A stretch of DNA of 46,542 bases, taken from positions 1 to 46,542 of IMG/VR virus record IMGVR_UViG_3300049167_000222; one strand, given 5' to 3'. A model generated the notes under the pieces. That model worked only from the letters and a program-made list of their open reading frames with translations, ran no database searches and was not told the DNA's origin. The position numbers and the translations under genes are program-made. Shown one piece after another: positions 28,740-37,150 of the stretch. The stretch comes from a virus (Duplodnaviria; Caudoviricetes). The stretch's first letter is position 1. Every line of letters begins with the position of its first letter.

Positions 28740-29486
28740 CTATCGCGCCTGCCTCATGAGGCGGTCGAAGTGCCGTTCGAAGTTGATCGGCAGCACGACG
28801 TTGACATGCCGCTCGACGACCTCGCGAAACTTCAGCCGAATGAGATAGCTTTCCCGTCGAAGGAACAGCACCACAGGCTTGAGGTTCCGAGTACCCGGCT
28901 TACGCTCCCAGACGCCTGGGAAGAGGTGGCCATCGCGCTTCGGCACAAAGAAGCGGGCCTTTCCGTAGTTCTTGTTCCGCGTCAACGATCTTTTAGTTCG
29001 AGCGCGCTCGGCCCCAGCAGCTTGGTAGTTGATCTGCAGGTCGGCCATGAAGCGGTTGATGAATCCTTGCGTCATGTTGCCATAACGATCGCGAGGCGTA
29101 TCGCGAGCGGGCACCGCCACCTCACCCTTCTCCATCAAACCACGTTGGACGAGCTGGCGCTCGAAAGCCTTATGGGTACGATACCCGCCTTGGATCTGCG
29201 GCCCGAGAAATGCCGTCGCCGGTAATCCGCCCGTTGTCCGATCCCCCGTCACGACAACAGCAGCCCGAAGATTTTCCTTGGTTGCTGCATCGTAGACCAC
29301 GCCGCGTTTCGCATAAGGCGTGGGCCTGTCGAAGACACGATCCATCTCGTTCTGGACTTCGATGCGGCCGCTCTTCACCGTATCGTTCAGCGCGTTGCGG
29401 ATGACGCTCGGCATCCGGTTGCGCTCGACATCCCGAAGATATCGGTCGAACTCCGTGAAATCGAATTTGATGTGGGCTTCGAGCAT
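28740..29486 (-). CDS. Basic phage protein (gpZ/minor-tail-like), first late gene
   Basis: ALNDT..VFDRPTPY..GGYRTHKAFE; Arg-rich. Confidence 0.65.
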   Translation of the reverse strand: MLEAHIKFDFTEFDRYLRDVERNRMPSVIRNALNDTVKSGRIEVQNEMDRVFDRPTPYAKRGVVYDAATKENLRAAVVVTGDRTTGGLPATAFLGPQIQGGYRTHKAFERQLVQRGLMEKGEVAVPARDTPRDRYGNMTQGFINRFMADLQINYQAAGAERARTKRSLTRNKNYGKARFFVPKRDGHLFPGVWERKPGTRNLKPVVLFLRRESYLIRLKFREVVERHVNVVLPINFERHFDRLMRQAR

Positions 29487-29500
29487 CCTGCTCTATGGAA

Positions 29501-29524
29501 TAAAAAAAGCGGCCGTTCGGCCGC
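29501..29524 (-). terminator. Intrinsic terminator ahead of late operon
   Basis: Minus strand GCGGCC-gaac-GGCCGC followed by T7. Confidence 0.8.
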
Positions 29525-29659
29525 CTCATCATTCGTCAGGTCATAGCAGTAGCACTTGCCCTGAATCGGTGCCTCGCATGGGAGGCTGTCAGAGCTGGGT
29601 CCGGGCGCTAGATCAAAATGACCGCTAAGAACCGGATCGACCATTGGGATGACTTCTAC

Positions 29660-30319
29660 TCACAACCTTGTCAGCATTGCAAGAGGGATCATAATCGGTG
29701 TTTTCCGTCCGAAGATATCTAATTCGATCACGGGCGTACCCTTGCCGGTTCCTCCGAAGGCGACAACGATACCCTCGAAAGTCACGAACGGACCCTCTTT
29801 CACGCACACCTTCGAACCGACCGGTATAGCGTCAGCTTCGACTTCCCAGTCATAAGCGCCACTTGCTGCCATCTCTTTGAAATGCCTCATCACGTCGTCA
29901 GTCAGCCGACGTGGGCGCAGCCAACCTCCGACAGCCCCGCGAACGTGCTCAAACCCACTTAAGCCCTGAAGGGCATACTCCGAGGGCACACATCTGACGA
30001 ACGTGTAACCGATGAAAACGGGCTTGTCCGAGGGAGGTAGTACCTTGTACCGCCGCTTCCTTTTCGGCCCCTTACAGATGGGAACACAAGCTTCGATATC
30101 ACAATCACCCAGCGCTTTTTCCACAGCCTGCTCACGTCCCGGCCAAACATGAATCACCAGCCAAGCAGAATCTTCCGGTTTTTCCGTGCTGATTCGCCTG
30201 CTGGCCGCTTCGATGCACCTAAGACGATTCGTTTCGTCTTGAGCCATTCGGTCCAGCTTCAGCATGCCTTTGAGCGAGATAAAGTCCGCTAATGGGTGCT
30301 CCTTAAACTGCATCGTCAT
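29660..30319 (-). CDS. NusG-paralogue transcription antiterminator (NGN + KOW)
   Basis: WLVIHVWPGRE, PVFIGYTFV, GSKVCVKEGPFVTFEG, IFGRKTP. Confidence 0.9.
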   Translation of the reverse strand: MTMQFKEHPLADFISLKGMLKLDRMAQDETNRLRCIEAASRRISTEKPEDSAWLVIHVWPGREQAVEKALGDCDIEACVPICKGPKRKRRYKVLPPSDKPVFIGYTFVRCVPSEYALQGLSGFEHVRGAVGGWLRPRRLTDDVMRHFKEMAASGAYDWEVEADAIPVGSKVCVKEGPFVTFEGIVVAFGGTGKGTPVIELDIFGRKTPIMIPLAMLTRL

Positions 30320-31523
30320 GGCCCGCCTCGCTGATCGTTGAAAGGAAAATGGTGAGAGCCTCCTCAACAGCCTCGTCGAGGCTATCGGCATTCGCGGGTA
30401 TCGGAGGCAACCAGACGTATTCAGGCGGCCGCTCAAGGAACGGCCAGCCTCTGCGCTCGTGCAGATCCGCCCATGCTGCGAAGAGGTCGCTATCGCGCTT
30501 CACCTGCCGGAAGTTCTCGACATTGGGCAACAACGCCAGCGACGTGACGAAGGGCTCCGCGCGCCTCGCAAGGTCTCGCATCTCGGTCACCAGCGGCCAG
30601 CCGTGCTCCTTGCGCTTGGCGGCCATAAGCGCCGCCATGGTGATCTCCCCGCGCTCCACCCGACGCTCGTCGAACGTGGTGACGATAATCCGGCCTGTCG
30701 GCTCCCTGGACAGCGCGGCAAGCCTCGTACCCATCCACAGCTTACCGCAAACCTTGGCGATCCCGCGTGATGGATGCGCGGCTACTTCCTCCGGAACCTC
30801 GCGCCAAAGCCGGTTCTTGAGAAACACTGCAGCAGCGACGCGATCGGATTTGTTGATCCTCCGGACAGTGTCAGGGGTTCGGCGGATGCATTCCTCCCGC
30901 TCTTCGTCGGAAAGCGCCATCCAAGTGTTTTCGCCGAATTTCACATCGCCTGCTTCCCATGTCGCGTACCAAAGCGTGTATTCACGCTCTATCTTTTTCC
31001 GATCAACCTTCTTCAATCCCCTCTCTCCCGCGCCAGCGGCTGGAGAGTTAGTTGGAATGTTAGCTGGAAGAATCTTATCTTGGGGGAGTGGCTCCCCCAC
31101 CTTCGGGGAACCATTTCCCCCACCTTCGGGAACCATTTCCCCCACCTCTTCATCAGAAGGTGGGGGAGTGGCTCCCCCGCCTTCTGCTTCGGAAATAGCC
31201 GAGATAGTGCCCGCGAGATCGCGTCCGGGCCACCGCGCGACATAGTCGTTGCGCTTCCAGCGCTGTCCACGGAAGCCGTGTTGCGATATCTCGATCCAGC
31301 CTTTGCTCTCTGCGATTTCGAGGTGCTTTCGAACCGTTTTTTTGTCGAGACCGGTCAACGCGACGAGTTCGGTGATCGGCGGGTAACAAGAACCGCCGGT
31401 CTCATCCATCTTGATGCTGATCGTCAGCAGCACATGGCGTGTCGTCGGCGGCAAGCCGGAATTGGCAATAGCATGACGCCATGACCATGCCCGCGAAGCC
31501 GAATGCCGTTCGGGTTCCATCAT
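30303..31523 (-). CDS. Replication initiator with N-terminal HTH
   Basis: RHVLLTIS..CYPPITELVALTGLDKKTVRKHL; internal iteron-like repeats. Confidence 0.8.
   Translation of the reverse strand: MMEPERHSASRAWSWRHAIANSGLPPTTRHVLLTISIKMDETGGSCYPPITELVALTGLDKKTVRKHLEIAESKGWIEISQHGFRGQRWKRNDYVARWPGRDLAGTISAISEAEGGGATPPPSDEEVGEMVPEGGGNGSPKVGEPLPQDKILPANIPTNSPAAGAGERGLKKVDRKKIEREYTLWYATWEAGDVKFGENTWMALSDEEREECIRRTPDTVRRINKSDRVAAAVFLKNRLWREVPEEVAAHPSRGIAKVCGKLWMGTRLAALSREPTGRIIVTTFDERRVERGEITMAALMAAKRKEHGWPLVTEMRDLARRAEPFVTSLALLPNVENFRQVKRDSDLFAAWADLHERRGWPFLERPPEYVWLPPIPANADSLDEAVEEALTIFLSTISEAGHDDAV
31081..31184. repeat. Iteron-like repeats, probable phage origin
   Basis: TCCCCC(A/G)CCT repeated directly and once inverted; GGGGAGTGGCTCCCCC dyad twice. 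Confidence 0.7.
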
Positions 31524-31759
31524 TGTGCACCAGCCTTCGGCTCAAGGCCGGCGGTGTGAGCGAAATCCCAGAACCGGGTTTCCACCTGTGCGCGGGCAGA
31601 GCGCTCGTCACGGTCACGGCCTTGCTGCATGCGGCCGGAGCGATTAATCCACATCCGCCAGCGCCAAGAGCCGAAGCTTCGTTGCGGCGGATAGATCGCG
31701 CCGAAGCCGACGTCGCCGACATACATGACCTTGCGGTATTTCTCGTCTTTCCAGATCAT
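31520..31759 (-). CDS. Hypothetical protein
   Basis: GGAGG RBS, ATGA coupling to rep gene. Confidence 0.7.
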   Translation of the reverse strand: MIWKDEKYRKVMYVGDVGFGAIYPPQRSFGSWRWRMWINRSGRMQQGRDRDERSARAQVETRFWDFAHTAGLEPKAGAQ

Positions 31760-31779
31760 CGCGGGCCATCAGCCTCCCA

Positions 31780-32064
31780 TCAACGAGGCTCAATGCCGTC
31801 CGCGACCCGCCAGAGGCGGCCGTTCGCGGTGGCGAAAACCATGAAGTTCGCAAAGCTCCCGTCCTCGCGCCGCTCTTCGCGCATGACGGAAAGGATGATT
31901 TCGAGATATGAAAGGCCATCGCGGAAGCCGGCCGCCTGAAGCCAGCGGCGGATGTAACCCTGATCGGCCTGCAGCACCGCCGGCGGGCAGCGCAGCAGCC
32001 AGCGCGCCATGTCCTGAGGGGTGCCGCAGTCGGAAATATCGGTATAGGTCGGAGGCGCGTTCAT
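31780..32064 (-). CDS. Hypothetical protein
   Basis: ATGA overlap with MTase stop. Confidence 0.7.
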   Translation of the reverse strand: MNAPPTYTDISDCGTPQDMARWLLRCPPAVLQADQGYIRRWLQAAGFRDGLSYLEIILSVMREERREDGSFANFMVFATANGRLWRVADGIEPR

Positions 32065-33593
32065 TCAGCCGCCTCCGCCGCTTCCGCCTCGAACCCCCAA
32101 GCCGTCCATCCCGGCCGCGCCGAGCGCGAAAACATCTCCAGCTTCGGCACGCCCGGATAAAGCCGGTCTATCGTCTCGGCGAAGTGCTCCGGCTTGGCGC
32201 TGTGCCGCCCCTTGGCCTCGCGGTGGACGGTATGCGGCTGGGTGCCGGGGAGCGGCGCAACGGGACTGCCGCGCTTGCCGATCAGCAGCAGTTCGTGCCG
32301 GTCACGGCCCCAATAGCCGGTCCCTGCAACTTCCTTGTCCCAGATCCAGTGATGCACATAGGTGAAGCCCCAGGCGTCCATCACCTTCAGCGCGTCGGGC
32401 AGCATCGGGTTGGTGGCCCAAAGGAACAGCACCGAATCTCTCTTGGCCGGCGCTCCGATCTGCTCGAACAGCGCCATGATCTCCGGGGTCGTCATCGTTG
32501 GATAGTGGTTCTCCGGGCTCTTCTCGCGGCCGGTCACCTCCGAATAGACGCCGAAGCGCCAGGGCGGATCGGCATAGATGATCGGAAATCTGGTGGCGAC
32601 ATGGCCCGCGCTCGCGGCGCCGTTCGTCATCACGTGCGCCATGTGGGTAAGGCGAACGGAATGCCGAACCTTGGAAAGGGCCTTGCGGTTTTCCTTCACC
32701 TCGACAGCTTTGCGCTTCTCTTCCTCCAAGGCGGCTTTGACGTATAATTCCTGATTTTCCTCCGGCACCAGTTTCAGCCGGTCAAGAAAAACGCCATTGT
32801 TGAGCCGCGTGGCACGAATGAGATGCAGTGCAATCTGCGAGATCCGGGCACCCCGCGCTGCATCTCGCTGCACCGCGCGCTCTGATTGACCTGTCGCCTC
32901 GGCGGTCGCGGCACTGAAGCGCTTTGCTTCGCGCTCTTTCAGTTCGCCAAGTTGGCGATCTGATCGACGGTCCCCGCCATTTGCCGTTTCCGGATACTTC
33001 AGTAGGTAGATTTCCTTGCGGCGATGCATGAACAACGCCCGGTCGGCGGGCGTTAGTTCGGAGCGCGCAAGATTTTCGTCGATCTCCCACAGCTCTGCGT
33101 CCAGCGCATCGCCGTTCTCGTAAAAGCAGTCGATCGACTTTTCGCCCAGCTGCCGCATGGCTTCAAGGCGATGCCCGCCGGCCGAGAGCTTCACGCGGCT
33201 GTCGAGCGGCATTCCGTACACGCTGATCGGCGTTCGAAGTCCCAGTTCTCGGATGGATGTTTTGAGCGAGTCGACGCGTGCCTGGTCGACTGGTCGGAGC
33301 CGCGAGCCGACGTCAATGCTGTCGATCGGCCGTCGAAAAACCCGCGCTCCGATCGGCGGAGATTCTGCCGATGGCGCCGCCGCAGGATCGGCGGCGGCGT
33401 GGGTCTTTTGACCCTTGGCGGAAAAGGTGAACCTGTTGCCGTCCTTCTTGTCGCGCTCCAATATACCCTTGGTGCACATGCGGATGCAGGTCTTCAGCAT
33501 CCCGGCGTTCGGGCAGATGTAGAATCCATCCCGCAGCAGGATCTCGACAATCTCGCGGGACCGCTCCTCGATGAGGGCGTAGTTGTTGCTCAT
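32061..33593 (-). CDS. ParB-like N-domain fused to MT-A70 family adenine methyltransferase
   Basis: SIRELGLRTPI..GGHRLEA..ENLAR (ParB); IYADPPW, LFLWAT, HELLLIG, HSAKP, LEMFSR (MT-A70). Confidence 0.9.
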   Translation of the reverse strand: MSNNYALIEERSREIVEILLRDGFYICPNAGMLKTCIRMCTKGILERDKKDGNRFTFSAKGQKTHAAADPAAAPSAESPPIGARVFRRPIDSIDVGSRLRPVDQARVDSLKTSIRELGLRTPISVYGMPLDSRVKLSAGGHRLEAMRQLGEKSIDCFYENGDALDAELWEIDENLARSELTPADRALFMHRRKEIYLLKYPETANGGDRRSDRQLGELKEREAKRFSAATAEATGQSERAVQRDAARGARISQIALHLIRATRLNNGVFLDRLKLVPEENQELYVKAALEEEKRKAVEVKENRKALSKVRHSVRLTHMAHVMTNGAASAGHVATRFPIIYADPPWRFGVYSEVTGREKSPENHYPTMTTPEIMALFEQIGAPAKRDSVLFLWATNPMLPDALKVMDAWGFTYVHHWIWDKEVAGTGYWGRDRHELLLIGKRGSPVAPLPGTQPHTVHREAKGRHSAKPEHFAETIDRLYPGVPKLEMFSRSARPGWTAWGFEAEAAEAAE

Positions 33594-33781
33594 CGGGATG
33601 TCCTTCGCTTTTCGATCGAGCGCGCAACCGTTATTTCGCGCCGGCCCTTGGCCAGGCGTTCGGCGATCTCACGCGGATCATAGGGAAAATCGGCAAGCGC
33701 CATCGCCCGCCGGATACGGTCCGGCAGGGCGTCAAACGCGCTCATGGTTTCTGTTCTTGGAGCGGGCGCGAGAATGTTCAC
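33590..33781 (-). CDS. Small hypothetical protein (DUF6525-like); start uncertain
   Basis: MSAFDALPDRIRRAM motif. Confidence 0.6.
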   Translation of the reverse strand: MNILAPAPRTETMSAFDALPDRIRRAMALADFPYDPREIAERLAKGRREITVARSIEKRRTSR

Positions 33782-33782
33782 G

Positions 33783-34004
33783 TCAATGCGCTCCGGCCAA
33801 TTTATCGAGATAAGCGGCACCTCGCGCCGTGATCTCGAACGCACCGAGGCGGCGCGGAACCTTGCGCACGTACCCCGCCTCCAGGCAGGCCTGCGCCAGA
33901 GTTAGTTCGTCGGGGCTGGCGTGCAGCGGTTCACCCGCCAGCCGCACTCGTCGCAGGAAAGTCCGGGCCGCGCCGCCAATTGGCACAATGTTGGCGTCGC
34001 TCAT
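33783..34004 (-). CDS. Small hypothetical (wHTH-like) protein
   Basis: GYV..EITARGAAYL; ATGA coupling. Confidence 0.65.
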   Translation of the reverse strand: MSDANIVPIGGAARTFLRRVRLAGEPLHASPDELTLAQACLEAGYVRKVPRRLGAFEITARGAAYLDKLAGAH

Positions 34005-34459
34005 CGGCCGCTCCCGACAATCTTCAGGCCCTTGATCAGATCTCCGAGTTGAGCTGCAAGCGCCTCCGCAACCGGAAGGATCTCGCGGGTTTCGTGGAGG
34101 TCGTATTTCCCGTCCATCGCCCCCTTGATGAGAAGCGAGAGCAGCCTGCCTTGCGTGTCCGAAAGCTGGCTGACATCCTCCATGTCGGGATGGTCGGCCG
34201 CACCGCCATCGGGGACGATCCGGAATCCATGCAGCGAGGCCATGTGTTCGGAAACCACGGGATGTCCGATAATGCGCTCCAGATCGGCCACGACATCGAG
34301 CGGCATGAAGTCCTTTTCCTGGCCGATGGACAGGTAGCGAGAGATCTGCGGTTCACTGACGCGCGTATCCTTCGCCAGCTCCGATCCGCCGATCTGGCGC
34401 ACGGCGCGGGCACAGACCGCTTTGATGGCATTGCGTTCCTGCGGGGATGTCGGGCGCAC
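34001..34459 (-). CDS. CII-like regulatory protein
   Basis: HTH-like ISRY..FMPLDVVADLE..DGKYDLHE; downstream of cro. Confidence 0.65.
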   Translation of the reverse strand: MRPTSPQERNAIKAVCARAVRQIGGSELAKDTRVSEPQISRYLSIGQEKDFMPLDVVADLERIIGHPVVSEHMASLHGFRIVPDGGAADHPDMEDVSQLSDTQGRLLSLLIKGAMDGKYDLHETREILPVAEALAAQLGDLIKGLKIVGSGR

Positions 34460-34811
34460 AAAGTCACTCCCTGAGAGTCAAGGTAATAATGGATCGAAAG
34501 ATTACGGTGACCGACGCGGCACGTGCCCTTACCGTCGGAGAGTCCAAGAGATCATGGGGGACCGCATGGGTACGCAGACAATGGAAGCAGAAAAGGTGCC
34601 GGCCGGGACGGTCCGCCAGGACATGCCATTCCCGGCCAGCGGGTGCGTTTCGCCTTGGAGGAGGAGAGGCTACGCGCTACCGGCGGGCTGGGAGGTAAAG
34701 CGCCCGTCGATCCATGAAGAGAAAGCCCGCCGAGGCGCGGGGGTCGGGCACCCCGGCAGGAGTTGGCACTACCAATGCGGGCAGCGCAGAGGGAAGGGTT
34801 TGCGAGGCGCA

Positions 34812-35015
34812 TCATTCGGCGGCCTCAGGGATCGGGCCATACACATCCGGCCGGAGATCGTGGCGAGAAATGCCCGTGATCCGCTCAACGGCCAGGACTC
34901 GGCCGGGAGGAATCATTCTCCATTGAGAGATGGCCGAAGGATCAACGTGAAGCTCAAGCGCAAGCAGAACCCTGCGCCCCCTCTCCTCGTCCAGCCATCG
35001 CCTCAGATTTTCCAT
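34812..35015 (-). CDS. cro: Cro-like repressor
   Basis: LA..L.V.PSAISQW..IPPGRVLAVERITGISRHDLRPD; divergent from cI. Confidence 0.88.
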   Translation of the reverse strand: MENLRRWLDEERGRRVLLALELHVDPSAISQWRMIPPGRVLAVERITGISRHDLRPDVYGPIPEAAE

Positions 35016-35021
35016 GCCATA

Positions 35022-35055
35022 AAATTAGTGTCACTAAAATTTTTAGTCAAGCTAA
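35022..35055 (-). promoter_or_regulatory. PR-like promoter with two TTAG-N5-CTAA operators
   Basis: Minus TTGACT-17-TAATTT; operators TTAGTGTCACTAA (35025-37) and TTAGTCAAGCTAA (35043-55). Confidence 0.85.
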
Positions 35056-35107
35056 CTTTTAGCTGGAATGCATGGTGGCACTCCGAGAAGTTTAGGAATG
35101 TGCGTGC

Positions 35108-35449
35108 ATGACTAAGGACACCACGCTCGCCGTGCCGCTTTTCATCAAAGACAGAAGAAAGAAATTAAATATCAGCCAGGAACGCCTTGCCGAGCAGGTA
35201 GGCGTCTCCACTGCGACGATCAGCAATCTGGAGACGGGACGGAATGGGTTTTCGGATAAGACCCTCGCAGCGGTTGCGGAGGCGCTGAAGTGCCGCCCTG
35301 TGGATCTGCTCTTGCCGATGGGCGATCAAACTAAGGTGTCGGGCGAGGCTGCGGTCAAGGACCTGTTGAGGCGAATAGAGGGGCTTCCACCGGAAGCAAT
35401 TAACCCCGTTTGGCGCCTGATTTCCGGCTACATCGAAGACGCCGGGTGA
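35108..35449 (+). CDS. cI: CI-like XRE repressor lacking S24 autoprotease domain
   Basis: SQERLAEQVGVSTATISNLETG HTH; only 113 aa. Confidence 0.88.
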   Translation: MTKDTTLAVPLFIKDRRKKLNISQERLAEQVGVSTATISNLETGRNGFSDKTLAAVAEALKCRPVDLLLPMGDQTKVSGEAAVKDLLRRIEGLPPEAINPVWRLISGYIEDAG

Positions 35450-35657
35450 TGTGAACGAAGCCGTCCTGGTGATCGATCTGAACGCGCCAGTCTCCACCAT
35501 GCAAGACCGCCATCGCGATAGAGATCTCCGCTGCTTTTCTTTTGATCAAGGTACCGAGCTCATTTTCGGTCGCGCCCTCGACCCCGTAGATAAGGCCCGC
35601 AACGATCTCCTCGTTGCGGTTCTGAAACTTTGGTCGAATACGATGGATGATTGCCAA
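35400..35657 (-). CDS. Hypothetical protein, second gene of SOS-boxed operon
   Basis: TTG at 35657 just after upstream stop; LHGGDWRVQIDH; overlaps cI 3' end convergently. Confidence 0.55.
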   Translation of the reverse strand: MAIIHRIRPKFQNRNEEIVAGLIYGVEGATENELGTLIKRKAAEISIAMAVLHGGDWRVQIDHQDGFVHITRRLRCSRKSGAKRG

Positions 35658-35667
35658 GGCGGTATCC

Positions 35668-35916
35668 CTATGCCCTTTCCATCTCGAAGATGTCCTCAGG
35701 TACTTCGACGCCAAAAGCGGCAATCAGTTTCGGATCGCCGTATTCTCCCGTCTTAGGGTTCCCATCCCTCATAAATGCGACAACCATGGGCTTGCTAGCC
35801 GTCAGTCGCTCGGCGAGCCGGCGCGCGTGCAACGCGCTCTGCGCCTGAATTGGAGCGTCGGGTACCAGTCCGACTCGACCATCGGAATAAGATTGAACTA
35901 CAAAATACGATGCCAT
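35668..35916 (-). CDS. 82-aa protein, LexA-regulated antirepressor candidate
   Basis: AAGGAG RBS; MASYFVVQSY..; SOS box ~50 nt upstream. Confidence 0.7.
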   Translation of the reverse strand: MASYFVVQSYSDGRVGLVPDAPIQAQSALHARRLAERLTASKPMVVAFMRDGNPKTGEYGDPKLIAAFGVEVPEDIFEMERA

Positions 35917-35967
35917 GTTCATTCTCCTTTTACGCCAGGTACGCCTTAACAACTGACTCAAAAATGA

Positions 35968-35982
35968 GAACATTACAAGAAC
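35968..35982. promoter_or_regulatory. Alphaproteobacterial LexA (SOS) box
   Basis: GAACattacaaGAAC = GAAC-N7-GAAC, exact consensus. Confidence 0.85.
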
Positions 35983-36041
35983 ATTTAACTCCTTCCCCGC
36001 CGCTCCGCTGACGCTGCACGAATGAGTCCAGTTCAAATATT

Positions 36042-36093
36042 TTAGTTGAGCTAAAATTATTAGCTTGACGATTTTTTTAGTGTGACTTAATTT
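36042..36093 (+). promoter_or_regulatory. PL-like promoter with operators
   Basis: TTGACG(36065)-17-TAATTT(36088); operators TTAGTTGAGCTAA, TTAGCTTGACGAT, TTAGTGTGACTTA. Confidence 0.85.
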
Positions 36094-36182
36094 TCTTCCA
36101 GCCGGTCGCACCCCCCGGACCGGTAACCCCCGCCGAGAGGGACCGGCGCAGGCCGCCAAACCTGCGCCGGTCCAGCGGCAAG

Positions 36183-36392
36183 ATGGAGAGAGACATGCAG
36201 ACCCAATCCTACAATCCTGTCCGTGTCCGTGACGTAGCCTTCGAAATGGCAAGTCTTCAGCATGAACGCGGATGCGCTCTGACACGTGCTGAATTCCGCA
36301 AGGAACTCGGCTTGACCAATGATCAGGTCGATACATTCGGTCCGAATGCAGCCGTGCTGTTCTCGCGCATGGAGCGCGGCCTCGCGGCCTGA
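36183..36392 (+). CDS. Hypothetical early protein
   Basis: First ORF after PL; GGAG RBS before Met at 36195. Confidence 0.65.
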   Translation: MERDMQTQSYNPVRVRDVAFEMASLQHERGCALTRAEFRKELGLTNDQVDTFGPNAAVLFSRMERGLAA

Positions 36393-36454
36393 TCCGCTTC
36401 GGTGACCGCCTGCGCCCCGGGCGGCATCCGAAACGGATGAGAGGATCGTTGCTC

Positions 36455-36673
36455 ATGCATTCCCGAAATCACTTCACACCATTCGGCGCTCCGGCCTCCG
36501 AGCCAATCGCCATCGAGATCCGGACGGCTCCCCGTCGCACCTATAACCTGATGGTCGCTTGCTGGTTCGTCTGGGTCGCGCTGTTGATCCTGTCGATCGG
36601 TCACGCCGCCTACCTGTTCGTCGATGCGGCTCACGATCTCGATCGCCAGTACGCCATGGATGCGAGGCGCTGA
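36455..36673 (+). CDS. Small membrane protein
   Basis: TM CWFVWVALLILSIG; GAGGA RBS. Confidence 0.6.
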   Translation: MHSRNHFTPFGAPASEPIAIEIRTAPRRTYNLMVACWFVWVALLILSIGHAAYLFVDAAHDLDRQYAMDARR

Positions 36674-36675
36674 GC

Positions 36676-36918
36676 ATGAACAACAAGCCTTCGCACCACT
36701 GGCGCGCCTCCCTGCTGCCTCCGGTTTTCCTTGCTCCCAAGCAGGAGCCTCCGAAGCATCGCCTGCCGATGTTCCAGTTCCGCGTCAGTTGCTCCGGCGG
36801 ACTGAACTTCGATGTACAGGCGGCAACCCAGGCGGACGCTCGAAAGCATGTGCGCAAACGTCACTCGAACCGGATCAAGAAGGTCGAGCTCATCGGAGAG
36901 GTGAAGCGTTATGGGTGA
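36676..36918 (+). CDS. Hypothetical protein
   Basis: GAGG RBS, coupled to neighbours. Confidence 0.6.
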   Translation: MNNKPSHHWRASLLPPVFLAPKQEPPKHRLPMFQFRVSCSGGLNFDVQAATQADARKHVRKRHSNRIKKVELIGEVKRYG

Positions 36919-37150
36919 TCGTCTTGATAAGGATCTGTTCGGCCGTGAAGTCGAGGCTGCCGAGCCTCTGCCCTCAGACGCAGATGAGATCGCGAAAATC
37001 TACCGCGCGATGGCCGACGGTGAGCCGATCCGGGAAGTCATGGAGATGTTTTACGGCGAGTTCGGGCGCACGCATGGCCTCCGCTCTCCAGTCGACGAAC
37101 TGCGTCTTGTCCGTCTTTGTGGGGCAGAGGGGAGTCCGGCTCGTGGATGA
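36911..37150 (+). CDS. Hypothetical protein (DLFG motif)
   Basis: GAGGTG RBS; overlaps both neighbours by 8 nt. Confidence 0.65.
   Translation: MGDRLDKDLFGREVEAAEPLPSDADEIAKIYRAMADGEPIREVMEMFYGEFGRTHGLRSPVDELRLVRLCGAEGSPARG

Noticed and set aside
9560-33683. Many long plus-strand ORFs over structural and replication genes (e.g. 12235..13482, 22376..23440, 30349..31245)
   Set aside because: Ordinary GC-rich antisense shadows, mostly tied to one gene, with no coupled start/stop chain, unlike 41334-45266
34460-34815. ORFs between cro and the CII-like gene (e.g. 34552..34815)
   Set aside because: Composition is not protein-like and several frames compete; cannot support a call despite an ATGA overlap
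35917-36456. N-terminal extension of the 262-aa minus ORF
   Set aside because: Runs through the PL promoter and SOS box; the real start at 35916 has AAGGAG
36624-37142. Apparent 173-aa N-terminal extension of the beta clamp
   Set aside because: Overlaps three better-supported small genes; GTG 37143 has an RBS and gives a normal clamp length
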